Assembly (NCBI RefSeq): GCF_001194135.2
Contig: NC_068995.1
Location: 53,521,778 to 53,584,903 of the forward strand
DNA: 63,126 nucleotides
Direction of reading: 5' to 3'
From: Octopus bimaculoides
Taxonomy: Eukaryota
Part shown: positions 12,250-25,519 of the stretch, in pieces
Numbering within the stretch: the first letter of the stretch is position 1
How the letters are laid out: the number at the start of each line of letters is the position of its first letter
Position numbers and translations under genes: made by a program
The notes under the pieces: generated by a model
Databases searched by the model: none
Seen by the model: the letters and a program-made list of their open reading frames with translations, nothing else
What the model was told of the DNA's origin: nothing

Positions 12250-12682
12250 AAAAGGATATAACGAAAGACCTGCTTTAGTGAATCGAATAGGAGTGATGTT
12301 TCATCAGGAGAATGCGCGACCCCACACTGCAAAGATCACATCACAGAAGATCGAAGAGCTTGGATGGGAAAAAAATTGCTCTTCCACCTTATTCTCCAGA
12401 CCTCGCTCCTTCAGACTACCATTCGTTTCGTAGTTTACAGAATCATTTGCGGGACATAACATTCGCAAGCCAGGAGGAGGTCGAAACTGACATTTCAGAG
12501 TTCTTCGCTTTGAAACCAAAAGAGTTTTACATTGATGGGATTAAAATACTTGTAAATAGATGGAAGGAAGTCATAGATAATCAAGGAAAGTACATTGATG
12601 ATTCAATTTCAATTAAATATAACATTTGATCACTTGTTTTCTTTATTTAAAATTCGGACAGAACTTATGGGATGACCTGATA
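12250..12682 (+). mobile_element. Mariner (DD34D) transposon 3' fragment with right TIR
   Basis: RPALVNRIGVMFHQENARPHTAKITSQKIEELGWEK, a frameshift, then LPPYSPDLAPSDYHSFRSLQNHL...NRWKEVIDNQGKYIDD. Contains the canonical YSPDLAPSD motif. Ends ggacagaacttatgggatgacctga-TA. Confidence 0.95.
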
Positions 12683-13114
12683 GATTCCCTGTTACCATTA
12701 ACAGTCATTAGAAACCTCACAAATGACAAAGTGGTTGCTAAGTGAGCTTCTTAACCACGTAGCCATGCCTGTATCTACACACTGGCGCTTATATACGTAC
12801 AGAATAGAATGCTTTAGCCTGTTCCGTTCTAATACCAGGATACAGTGTGAGGCCTACTGTATTATTTAAAGCTATGCGAGCCAATTAATGTATGAAGTTT
12901 CTCGGTGATTTACAAAGGATGCAGTGATGTGTGACTGATTTTGAAACCAGTTGAAGATAAAGACTGTGTGGCTTATTCTTCATACATTTAGTGCTTTTGA
13001 TATTTCGCAGCCAGAATGTCAAAAATATATAATGCCTCGATTATTGGGATATTTAAATATTTCAACACCTCCTGCACAAATAATGAATTATGTATATTTG
13101 TGAAGTGCGTGTGT

Positions 13115-13147
<33 letters not shown>

Positions 13148-13219
13148 AGGGAGATGGAGAGAAAGAGAGTGGAGTGTATGGTGGGTAGAAGCAGAGAGAG
13201 AATGTGTGTGTGGCTGGTA

Positions 13220-13263
<44 letters not shown>

Positions 13264-13673
13264 GAGAGGGAATCAGGTACCAATTAGACAATTAGACCCA
13301 TTAATCTACACAGCATCGTACATACACACAGCGAAAGCACAGGCACACATTTCTATACTGAAAATCTCTTTACACACACACAAACACACGCGCGCGCGCA
13401 CGCACGCACACACACACACATACACACACACACACACACACATGTATCATGTATGTATACATACATGCATACATAAATAGTATGAGTGTGTGTACGTGTG
13501 AGCATGCATATATGCGTGCACGCGAGCGTGTAAATCAAAGCCAATGATTTACTCCATCGCAACGCGGACTTACTCTCGTATATGCATTTGATTAGGCGAA
13601 CGAATGCATAAATTAACTCTATTATAAATATCGATAAATTTCTATCCCGATTGAAAACACAAAGGAATATACG

Positions 13674-14057
13674 CATACATACATACATACATACATACAT
13701 ACATACATACATACATACATACNNNNNNNNNNNNNNNNNNNNNNNNNNNNNNNNNNNNNNNNNNNNNNNNNNNNNNNNNNNNNNTATATACCTCCATGTA
13801 AACATACACACACACACATACATACAAACACACATACATACATGCATGCATGTATATATACATACATATATACATACATGTATACATGCATGCATACATA
13901 CATACATACAAACATATATACATACACAAACATGCGTACACACATACATACATGCATACATATTTATATACATACATACATACATACATACATAGTGCGC
14001 ATACATACATACATACATACATACATACATACATACATACATACATACATACATACG
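13674..14057. repeat. (ATAC)n/(AC)n compound microsatellite with internal gap
   Basis: Direct inspection. Confidence 0.95.
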
Positions 14058-14222
14058 GTGCGCATTGATGCCGTCGAGAGGTAGGCCCCGAAGCGGCGTG
14101 CATTCTCTCCTGATGACCCCATACACTTGCTGGCTTCCGGTATGCGGAGATCTCGACTGGTATCACTTGCATGTGCAAGTTGTTTGCCAAACAACATTCC
14201 TTCGAAGAACTATCTCGTAGAC

Positions 14223-14765
14223 CAAGGGTCACCAAACTTTTTTCACGGCGAGCCAGATAACTAAGAGAATGACGAGCGCGGCACACATGACCATTTTGCT
14301 CAATACAATACAGTGGATACACAATAAGATAAAGACGACCAACATATTTATTTACCAAAATGTTATCAAAGAAGGCGACGTTAGAGATAAGATAGTTATA
14401 TCACACCCAGTGGGCACATATCGGAATCTCACAAACTAAGCAGCAAAAAAGGTTAGAGAGATTTGTGAAAATGGTGTTTAGCTTTTAAGACATCATCAAT
14501 ATTTGCTTTGGAATTGCTGCATCCATCCAAGAGAATTGCTTTCGAATGTTCAACAGTCAACCTCGTTCGATGTGCTGACTTTACATCCTTCATTATTGAA
14601 AATGTTTGCTCACAGAAATAAGTTATTCCAAACACAGATGCCATACCAGAGGCAAATGAACTCTCATTGCAGGTGTTTATACAAACGGTACAGTGCGGCG
14701 GTGGGCCGGGTGAACTGACCTCACGGGCCGGATCCGGCCCGCAGGACGTAGTTTGGTGGCTCCTG
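14223..14765 (-). mobile_element. Internally deleted hAT (Charlie/SPIN-like) element
   Basis: TIRs caagggtcaccaaac and gtttggtggctcctg. 8-bp TSD tcgtagac (14215-14222) and tcatagac (14766-14773). Retains the hAT C-terminal dimerisation segment ASVFGITYFCEQTFSIMKDVKSAHRTRLTVEH and the subterminal palindrome gggccggatccggccc. Confidence 0.92.
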
Positions 14766-14815
14766 TCATAGACTATCATAGTTATTAACTGCAACTCTCA
14801 ATAAATTCACAAAAC

Positions 14816-15057
<242 letters not shown>

Positions 15058-15757
15058 ACTTTGTCTTGCACCATCAACTCGTTGATGAAGACGTAGAGGT
15101 GCAGTCGTGACAGTTGGCAAGTTCTGAATATTTTAAAGCTTTTAAAACCTAACGAAATCCATCTCCCTCCCGGCCCGACCACTACCGATTTCTCTCAAAA
15201 GGAAAGAAGCACAAAAGAAAAGAAAGAACGGAAGACAGAGAAGAACAAATCTCAGTAGAGAAACAGCACTTCGTTGACCCCCGAGAAGATGAAAAGCAAT
15301 GTTAACCGTGACAGGAGGACAGAACAGAAATCGAAACGAATATACATCTAATACATTCAATTGCACACCCACAGATACACACAGAAATGAAGATATACAC
15401 AGATATGAGATATTATCTTGATTGAAAACATAAAAAGCTAGATAAGTGAAAATAAAACCTTGTTTTATCTTACTCTTCATCAGAGTAATCCACTCCCAAG
15501 AATCGTAATTTGAAAGAAAAATCTCTTCGGCAGTAATTCAGTTTTTAAGCTATAAATTCTTACTTTACTTCTTGCTTCACTATAAACTTTTGTCAAGTAT
15601 TTGTTCCAACGAATAAACACATTATCATTTATGTATGGAAGATTACCTTATGTATATGTATATGTAAGTATGTGTGTGTATGTATGCAAGAAAGTTTGTG
15701 GTGCATGTGTGTATAGAACATCAGTGAGTCATAGAAAGCGACAGCAATGGAAAGAGT

Positions 15758-15798
<41 letters not shown>

Positions 15799-16411
15799 CG
15801 AGAAAATATATGGTAAATGAAAAATATAAAAAATGAAATATAAATATATATATACATACACACACACACACACACACGCACACACACGCNNNNNNNNNNN
15901 NNNNNNNNNNNNNNNNNNNNNNNNNNNNNNNNNNNNNNNNNNNNNNNNNNNNNNNNNNNNNNNNNNNNNNNNNNNNNNNNNNNNNNNNNNNNNNNNNNNN
16001 NNNNNNNNNNNNNNNNNNNNNNNNNNNNNNNNNNNNNNNNNNNNNNNNNNNNNNNNNNNNNNNNNNNNNNNNNNNNNNNNNNNNNNNNNNNNNNNNNNNN
16101 NNNNNNNNNNNNNNNNNNNNNNNNNNNNNNNNNNNNNNNNNNNNNNNNNNNNNNNNNNNNNNNNNNNNNNNNNNNNNNNNNNNNNNNNNNNNNNNNNNNN
16201 NNNNNNNNNNNNNNNNNNNNNNNNNNNNNNNNNNNNNNNNNNNNNNNNNNNNNNNNNNNNNNNNNNNNNNNNNNNNNNNNNNNNNNNNNNNNNNNNNNNN
16301 NNNNNNNNNNNNNNNNNNNNNNNNNNNNNNNNNNNNNNNNNNNNNNNNNNNNNNNNNNNNNNNNNNNNNNNNNNNNNNNNNNNNNNNNNNNNNNNNATAA
16401 TACATACATAC

Positions 16412-16450
<39 letters not shown>

Positions 16451-16882
16451 CACACTACATACATACACACATACATACACATACATACATACATGCACGC
16501 ACACATACATATATACATACACACGTACATAATACATACATACATACATACACACATCTTGTTCTTTAAATCCTTTGTAAGGAGTTTTTATCTCGAAATA
16601 TCAAGACTAATTAGATATTTCTAACGTAACATTTCGATAGCATTCATGTCCCTGTCACTGTTATTTATGATATTTAATGTCCTATGAAAACAAACTGCTT
16701 TTTTTGCATATTAGAGAACACTTTAATCAAACTCTAAAACCTCTTTCTTTCTCTCTCTGTATCTACATACATACCAACCTATATACAAACATACATACAT
16801 ACATACATACATACGTAAACACACATACATACAAACATACATACATATACACATGTATATTTATATATGTAANNNNNNNNNN

Positions 16883-16919
<37 letters not shown>

Positions 16920-17072
16920 ACACACACACTTATATATAAAACATTAAGAAACATTAAATATTGCTTAAGAAATATTTAATTAGTCCCGTTATTTCCAGTT
17001 AGAAACTGTATACTTTAATACACATACATATTTACAGTCACACACACAAAGACATACATAATACATACATAC

Positions 17073-17111
<39 letters not shown>

Positions 17112-17898
17112 CACACTACATACATACACACATACATACACATACATACATACATGCACGCACACATACATATATACATACACACGTACATAATACATAC
17201 ATACATACATACNNNNNNNNNNNNNNNNNNNNNNNNNNNNNNNNNNNNNNNNNNNNNNNNNNNNNNNNNNNNNNNNNNNNNNNNNNNNNNNNNNNNNNNN
17301 NNNNNNNNNNNNNNNNNNNNNNNNNNNNNNNNNNNNNNNNNNNNNNNNNNNNNNNNNNNNNNNNNNNNNNNNNNNNNNNNNNNNNNNNNNNNNNNNNNNN
17401 NNNNNNNNNNNNNNNNNNNNNNNNNNNNNNNNNNNNNNNNNNNNNNNNNNNNNNNNNNNNNNNNNNNNNNNNNNNNNNNNNNNNNNNNNNNNNNNNNNNN
17501 NNNNNNNNNNNNNNNNNNNNNNNNNNNNNNNNNNNNNNNNNNNNNNNNNNNNNNNNNNNNNNNNNNNNNNNNNNNNNNNNNNNNNNNNNNNNNNNNNNNN
17601 NNNNNNNNNNNNNNNNNNNNNNNNNNNNNNNNNNNNNNNNNNNNNNNNNNNNNNNNNNNNNNNNNNNNNNNNNNNNNNNNNNNNNNNNNNNNNNNNNNNN
17701 NNNNNNNNNNNNNNNNNNNNNNNNNNNNNNNNNNNNNNNNNNNNNNNNNNNNNNNNNNNNNNNNNNNNNNNNNNNNNNNNNNNNNNNNNNNNNNNNNNNN
17801 NNNNNNNNNNNNNNNNNNNNNNNNNNNNNNNNNNNNNNNNNNNNNNNNNNNNNNNNNNNNNNNNNNNNNNNNNNNNNNNNNNNNNNNNNNNNNNNNNN

Positions 17899-17929
<31 letters not shown>

Positions 17930-18001
17930 GACATATATATATACATGCGTATATGTATCTATCTACCTATATATAAACCTCTCTATAAGTGTATGTTTTC
18001 C

Positions 18002-18078
<77 letters not shown>

Positions 18079-18621
18079 TTACAGCCCCCCTCTCTCTATC
18101 TTTATATATACACGTTATCTTGAACTGCTACAGAGTATGCTGTATATCTCAGAATGATGGATGCTACCGAAGCTAAACATGCAAATCTCAAGCAAAGCGA
18201 TGCTGCTCTCATTTCACGTAAACTTACCCTTGGTGAAGTGTTTATCTAATAATGCCAAACATTCGCCCAATCGGATCGCAGGCATCAATACGAATACAAA
18301 ATACAACCTATATGACACGTCAAACCATTTGCTAAGATTTTCGAAGAGCCCTTACTTCCAGAGCAGTCATGCAGCTCGCTCGTTCATCATCCCGAGTATC
18401 ATTGTGTCCCGACAACATAATACTAGTCAGTGCGTCACTCGGAAGATGGGGTTTCTCCATCCTTTTACAAATAGTTCATGTTTTATTCTACTGAGTTTGG
18501 TTAACTTTCTCATCAAGAAGGCAGGTTTTTTAGGTTTGCTGGCTCAGTACCCGATGACAGGTCCAAATAACAAGCCGTATTGCATTACTTTTTTCTAGCA
18601 GTACTTAAGGTGAGCATGAAA

Positions 18622-18689
<68 letters not shown>

Positions 18690-19632
18690 NNNNNNNNNNN
18701 NNNNNNNNNNNNNNNNNNNNNNNNNNNNNNNNNNNNNNNNNNNNNNNNNNNNNNNNNNNNNNNNNNNNNNNNNNNNNNNNNNNNNNNNNNNNNNNNNNNN
18801 NNNNNNNNNNNNNNNNNNNNNNNNNNNNNNNNNNNNNNNNNNNNNNNNNNNNNNNNNNNNNNNNNNNNNNNNNNNNNNNNNNNNNNNNNNNNNNNNNNNN
18901 NNNNNNNNNNNNNNNNNNNNNNNNNNNNNNNNNNNNNNNNNNNNNNNNNNNNNNNNNNNNNNNNNNNNNNNNNNNNNNNNNNNNNNNNNNNNNNNNNNNN
19001 NNNNNNNNNNNNNNNNNNNNNNNNNNNNNNNNNNNNNNNNNNNNNNNNNNNNNNNNNNNNNNNNNNNNNNNNNNNNNNNNNNNNNNNNNNNNNNNNNNNN
19101 NNNNNNNNNNNNNNNNNNNNNNNNNNNNNNNNNNNNNNNNNNNNNNNNNNNNNNNNNNNNNNNNNNNNNNNNNNNNNNNNNNNNNNNNNNNNNNNNNNNN
19201 NNNNNNNNNNNNNNNNNNNNNNNNNNNNNNNNNNNNNNNNNNNNNNNNNNNNNNNNNNNNNNNNNNNNNNNNNNNNNNNNNNNNNNNNNNNNNNNNNNNN
19301 NNNNNNNNNNNNNNNNNNNNNNNNNNNNNNNNNNNNNNNNNNNNNNNNNNNNNNNNNNNNNNNNNNNNNNNNNNNNNNNNNNNNNNNNNNNNNNNNNNNN
19401 NNNNNNNNNNNNNNNNNNNNNNNNNNNNNNNNNNNNNNNNNNNNNNNNNNNNNNNNNNNNNNNNNNNNNNNNNNNNNNNNNNNNNNNNNNNNNNNNNNNN
19501 NNNNNNNNNNNNNNNNNNNNNNNNNNNNNNNNNNNNNNNNNNNNNNNNNNNNNNNNNNNNNNNNNNNNNNNNNNNNNNNNNNNNNNNNNNNNNNNNNNNN
19601 NNNNNNNNNNNNNNNNNNNNNNNNNNNNNNNN

Positions 19633-19741
19633 CGGCAGCTTTCGTCCTAATTTTGGGACTGCCATGTTGGCTTGGCGATAACTATTAATTTCCAGTACCG
19701 CTGCCGTAGTCTCCTTTAGAGAGACTTAGAAATATTAATAA

Positions 19742-19743
<2 letters not shown>
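19633..19743 (+). repeat. Gap-edge repeat copy 1 (91 bp identical to 55919-56009)
   Basis: 19653-19743 matches 55919-56009 base for base. It follows an N-gap and precedes a microsatellite. Confidence 0.9.
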
Positions 19744-19794
<51 letters not shown>

Positions 19795-21000
19795 AACATA
19801 AACATCTCTCTTTCTCTTTCATACTCTCTCTCCTCCTTTCACTTTATCTCTCTCTACACACAGACACATATATACACATGTGTGTGTATGTGCGTATGTG
19901 TGTGTGTGTGTGTGTGCGTGTGTGTGCGTGCCCATACGTGTGGTGGGGCAGCACACGACAATGGTTTAAAAAAGCCGGAATCGATAAACCTTTTGGCTGG
20001 TTTCTAGGTACTTTATCGATGTGACCATCTGAAATGCTGAAACATCTCACATATTATAGAAAAAGAAGCGAAAGACGAAAACGAACAACAAGGAAGCACA
20101 TTGTTTTCGATTCCTCTATGAAATAATTAAATAAATCTTTAGTTATTAGTTGTTTTATTTTTATTATTTTTTCTTTGTTTCTTTAGAAGGAGAATAATAA
20201 TTAATAACTCTTTTGATTAATGTTATGTCCTATAGGATGAGTCTGTGTATGAACAACTTCAGCGACGATAAATTATATATATAATAGCAGACCGAAAACA
20301 ATTTCACAATTTTGCAATATTAATTCTATTGTTTACTGTTTCTATATTGTGTAAACACCGTACTTGTCAATAAATATAACAACTTTGCTGAAAATAAAAT
20401 TATTAGACGTTAGGTCATGTGTGAATGTGCATATGTATGTATGTATGTACGTATGTAGGTATGTATGTATGTATGCATGTATGTATGTATGAATGTATGT
20501 ATGTGTGTGCGTGTGTATACGTTACATGTATGTATGCATTTATAAATATGTGTATACACACTCATACACACTAACACATACGTAAACACACACGCATTTA
20601 CATATAAGAGTTTTTTGACAATTTGACATATTTTCTTTTCTAGACAAGAAACAAATGAAATATTAGCAAAAAACCTTCCTTATTATATATATATATATAT
20701 ATATAAAATTGTTCAATAGCTTATATCATGATGACACACAATGGGTGAAAAGGGAAGGTGACCTTCTGCTGTTTTATATTTCTACGGGGTCTTTGATGTG
20801 GCTGGAGTCGCAGGTCTCATGTGACTATTTTGTACACTTACATGGAGCGTATATCCTCCACTACAGTTCGAGTTTGCAGAGATAAAATGCTTTGGCAATA
20901 ACCATATGATCGACCACCCCATCATGGATAGATTTATGTAGAACTGTATAAGGATCTTCATCGAGTTTAATGTAAATGTAACTGTTACCACCAATGTAAC

Positions 21001-21205
21001 CAAAGCCAGCTGGCAAAAATGAGTAGTACCAGTAATTCAAAGGGCCAGCCTTGTCACACTCTGTGTCATGCTGAATCTACCTCAGAGCTACATTAAGGAT
21101 ACACGTGTCTGTGGAGTGCTCAACCATTTGCACGTTAATTTCACGAGCAAGCTGTTCCATTGATCGGATCAGCTGGGACCCGCGTCGTCGTAACCGACGG
21201 AGTGC
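21001..21205 (+). mobile_element. SINE family C-related 3' body
   Basis: Starts cagctggcaaaaatgagta, homologous to the reverse complement of 25700-25730. Continues through a GC-richer body ending gtcgtcgtaaccgacggagtgc. Confidence 0.55.
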
Positions 21206-21731
21206 TCCTATTAATTTTTATTACTGGGCTCTCAGCCTCAGTTACTGAAATCAACCCCACAGTTCACTAGGGATAAAGCGAATGGTCAGTTAGGTGACTC
21301 TCACCTCATATGGTGTTCTCGTGATCTAAAAAGGACCTGCAGCCAATGGTGGCCTCAAGGAAGGGGTTACTCAGAACAGGAATGACTTCATTTTAAGGGA
21401 CGGGAAACTTCATTTTCTTGTCTTGTTTTATGTTGTAGTTTCAGGTTCAAGGAAATGACCTGAATACTATAACTTGAAATACATGGAGTAAATTGTTGCT
21501 TGGCAAATGTATATGAAAGAACACACATTTAAGGTATATTATTACTTACCCCATCCTCAGAAGGAAATAAAATTTTAGCAGTCGAAGGTCCTCAATTTAT
21601 ATAAATGCAAAACTCGATCACGAGAGAGAGAGTAAGAGAGAGAGATAAAGAAAGAGAGAGAGAAAGCGGAAAATGTATAGACGAACGAGACTGGAGAATA
21701 GCAATATAACGGTCAGTCTCTCAAAAGGCAT

Positions 21732-21773
<42 letters not shown>

Positions 21774-22259
21774 CACACATATATATATATAATAGCTTGT
21801 AGTTANNNNNNNNNNNNNNNNNNNNNNNNNNNNNNNNNNNNNNNNNNNNNNNNNNNNNNNNNNNNNNNNNNNNNNNNNNNNNNNNNNNNNNNNNNNNNNN
21901 NNNNNNNNNNNNNNNNNNNNNNNNNNNNNNNNNNNNNNNNNNNNNNNNNNNNNNNNNNNNNNNATATATATATATATACATATGCATACGCATATATATT
22001 ATACATTGCTAGATAGACGTGTGTGCATGTGTGTGATTGTACAAATATGTATTTAATTTATACACTCACACACGCATGTAAACACATAAGCGCAAATATA
22101 CAACACAAGATAAGTAGTATCTAGTCTATGTACGCATTTAGTTCTTTTGTACTTTGATCATAGTGTTCTCACGATGGTAAACCCACTCGCAAACGCACCA
22201 CTATAACACGTCGTGTGTCTCTTGAGTACATTCAGTAGTACATGAAAGATAGTTTGGAC

Positions 22260-23145
22260 ATGAAAAAAGCAAACCTCTCTTTGTCACCGAACAAGATCTA
22301 CTTAAAACGGCTCATCAGTAATCTGAGAGCAGTCATTAAAAGAATGAGGTGGAAAGCATACTTTTACGAGAACAACCTCGTAACCCCAATAAATGACACA
22401 TTCGCAATAAAAACCCGAAACGGTTTACTACGATCAAATGACTGGAAAGTGATAAATACAATAACGCCTTCCAGTATGAATTAAAACCTGACATAACGAC
22501 CAGTAAAACTCCAACAGAATCTACACATTATTCAGAAAAGACAAAGACCTGTAAAATTTAGACAAGGATACATACGTTAACCCCTTAATAAAGAATACCA
22601 TACAAACATTCAGCAAATATCTATGTGAACATTAAACACCAAGAAGAAACAATAGCTAAAACACGTAAAGTAGATATGACAGTGGGAAAGTGAGGAGTTT
22701 TGACAAACGAGAATCATATACAACACTCTAAGATCCCTAAGAGAATGTGAATGCAAACCCTAAATGCACGCTTATAAATCCTGAGATGTCGAAAGTTAAT
22801 AAATACATCCTTAATTCTATTAATGATAATTTGGAAATGCCACACGATTAAGAAGATTTGCTAACACCAGTGCAATACTTACCTGGCTTAGCAACATTAG
22901 CGATGAAAAAAAAAAATGCAAATTCACACAGTTCAATGTTATCGAATTCTACTAATCAATTTTGAGGCCTCTAGTAAACAAAACCTTGGCAGTTTAAATG
23001 ACGTCTTCAATTATCAATAACATGGAAGTCGATATAATAACATGGATATCGATATAATAACATGGATGTTGATATAATCACGTAAGCCACTTTGATATAA
23101 TCATGCATGGGCTACTCTGATGGAGCAGAATACTGCGATTTATTT
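22260..23145 (+). mobile_element. Penelope-like retroelement (Naiad-type) RT pseudogene fragment
   Basis: Colinear broken motifs: YLKRLISNLRAVIKRMRWKAYFY; DKT; YTTL*DPKENVNANPKCTLINPEMSKVNKYILNSIN; NTSAILTWLSNISDEKKKCKFTQFNVIEFY*SI; FDII..GYSDGAEYCDLFG. These match the PLE RT consensus TLKDHKxNFxxxPxCRLINP, FDIxEFYPSI and MGSxDGAExCELxG. Confidence 0.88.
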
Positions 23146-23260
23146 GGATAATTTAAGCAGAAAACCAAATGTAACACCTGAGAATTTAGTTTACTTATTT
23201 TTAAAAACAGTATATATTCTTATATGTGTATATATATGTATACACACATACACATACATA

Positions 23261-23316
<56 letters not shown>

Positions 23317-23384
23317 ACACATACATACACACACACACATATATATATAAATATATATATATAAGGGCACTCGTCAATATTGCT

Positions 23385-23518
23385 TCGATCTCAGCACCTG
23401 ACTGCTATATTATTTTATCAGCCCTGAAAACATGAACGGCAAAGTTGACCTGTGCGGTATTTGAACTTGGAACGTAAACGCTGCAGAGGATTTTGTCCGA
23501 TGCTCTAACGATTCTGCT
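23385..23518 (-). mobile_element. SINE family A, degenerate
   Basis: tttatcagccctgaaaacatgaacggcaaagttgacctgtgcggtatttgaacttggaacgtaa...ctaacgattctgc. Confidence 0.75.
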
Positions 23519-25392
23519 ATAAACAAATCTTCCTGATTGATAGGGGGAAGGGTGCTGGTAGGTCTTTTTTCACTGATAAGTTACTAAGATCTTGAAAGCT
23601 TATTTTAAACATGGCGACATAAAAATCTTGTTCAATAGTACCAAGATTCGGCATCAATACTTATTAATAAAATTGTCTTACTACAACGCCAAGACACAAA
23701 AGCTATATATATATTAAAATTGTCTGCTACGACACCTTCCGAAAACGTGAATATCACACAATTAAATTACTATGTAAACCAATGACACAGAAGCTGTGTG
23801 AGGCTGTGTGCACTTGAAAGTATTTGATGGACGAATAACGGAATGAAAGATTGAATAGCTTGCTTCAATTTTGTTGGCAACTGTCTTTATCATATTTGAC
23901 AATCGGTTTGGAACGTATAAGTACCAGTTATTTTGAGACGTATTATATAGCTCACAAAAATTGACATATCCCCAGTACTAATAAGAATAATTACATTTTG
24001 TATTTCATTTTGGATTCCTAGTCATTCTTTGGCTGGTATAGAAAACGTTGTAAAAGAATTGATTTACCATTTTTTTTGTTTTGTTTTGGAGTGTGTCCAA
24101 TCTTTGATACAGATGTTTCTTAAGTTTGGAGACAGGATGTTATATGGAACTGCACTCATGTGAAGAATTTGTTTCTTCCAATTCTTTCGTTTCAGCTGCT
24201 TATATGGTTATCAAACAATATTTTGACACTTGTTTTGAATATTAACTAGGAGGCTGTTACATCTTTTTATATCTAATATAATATTACAGAATACAGAGAC
24301 ATAAGTTTAACGAATATCAGTCGCCCAGTTACCTTTTTATCAGTGAATCGCGTACACACTTTTGGAGGAATAGATTTTATGTCGTAACATTATCAGATGT
24401 TTGTTACATTTTCCAGAGGCTAAACGACACAGAATCTTCTAATTGCCTCCGTGCAGTCCTTTCATATTAATGAAAAGCTTGTGTACCAGTGATGTAAAAA
24501 ATGACGGTAATTTTAATCTGGTTCTTTATAATTGTATATATCAACATTTTAACACAGATGTTTTTCTCTATTTTTCAGCAAACACGATATTAAAACGTTT
24601 ACAATGATACGAAAAGATTGAAAGAAATAATTTTAATTTAATATTTTATTTTTCATAATATAAAACTATAATATCACGAAGAAAGAAAATATCTTACGTA
24701 AAAAGTTCAGAAATTGCTGGAAGATTTATTTCATTTTAAAATTAACAGAAACATACTATTGATTATGTAAAAGTCGAACAACAGCGAAATCAGCGATTTT
24801 ATGAAAGCGTAGAGATACATACATACACAAATGTACACACATACATATATCCACACACACACATAAACATGCTTATATATATATCTATATATATATGTGT
24901 TTGTGTGTGTGTATGTGTGTGTGTGTGTTTGTTTAAAACAAAACTGAATGCTTTAAACATTTAAAATTGTTGCTGAATACAAAAAAAAAAAAAATGGAAT
25001 GGTTTGTAGAAAATAATTTAGAAACACATGCTTTTACCAATAATAAGGCAAGTGAACCCTAAACAAAACAATAATTAAACAACTAAAAAGAAAAAGATCC
25101 CAACTATTTCGAAATCATTCTCTGTCAACGAATGTTCATTTTAAAACCATTTTTTCACTTTTACATCAAAATTAACTTTATTTTCCGAGTGTAAATATTC
25201 TAAACGCCTAAACATAGACACTTCTAGGCAAATGAAATGCTTTTATTCCTTTTGACGTTCTGCACACAAACGTCATCCAGACGTAACATTTACATCACAT
25301 GTATGGCCTCCTTGCACAGAGATTGAAAATATCTTTTAATGAGAACATTTCAAACTCACCTTGATTAACAACACACACACAAACACACACAC

Positions 25393-25431
<39 letters not shown>

Positions 25432-25519
25432 TTCATTTCCCTCTGCAAGGGAGCTCATTCATTCTTCCTCTGTTCTAGGCGGACTTTGATATGCAGTCAC
25501 AGTCTTGAAATTTGCCAGT

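Noticed and set aside
16398-17212. ~155-bp direct duplication (16398-16556 and 17058-17212)
   Set aside because: It is low-complexity (ATAC)-rich sequence and both copies touch gaps. Most likely an assembly overlap or allelic duplication.
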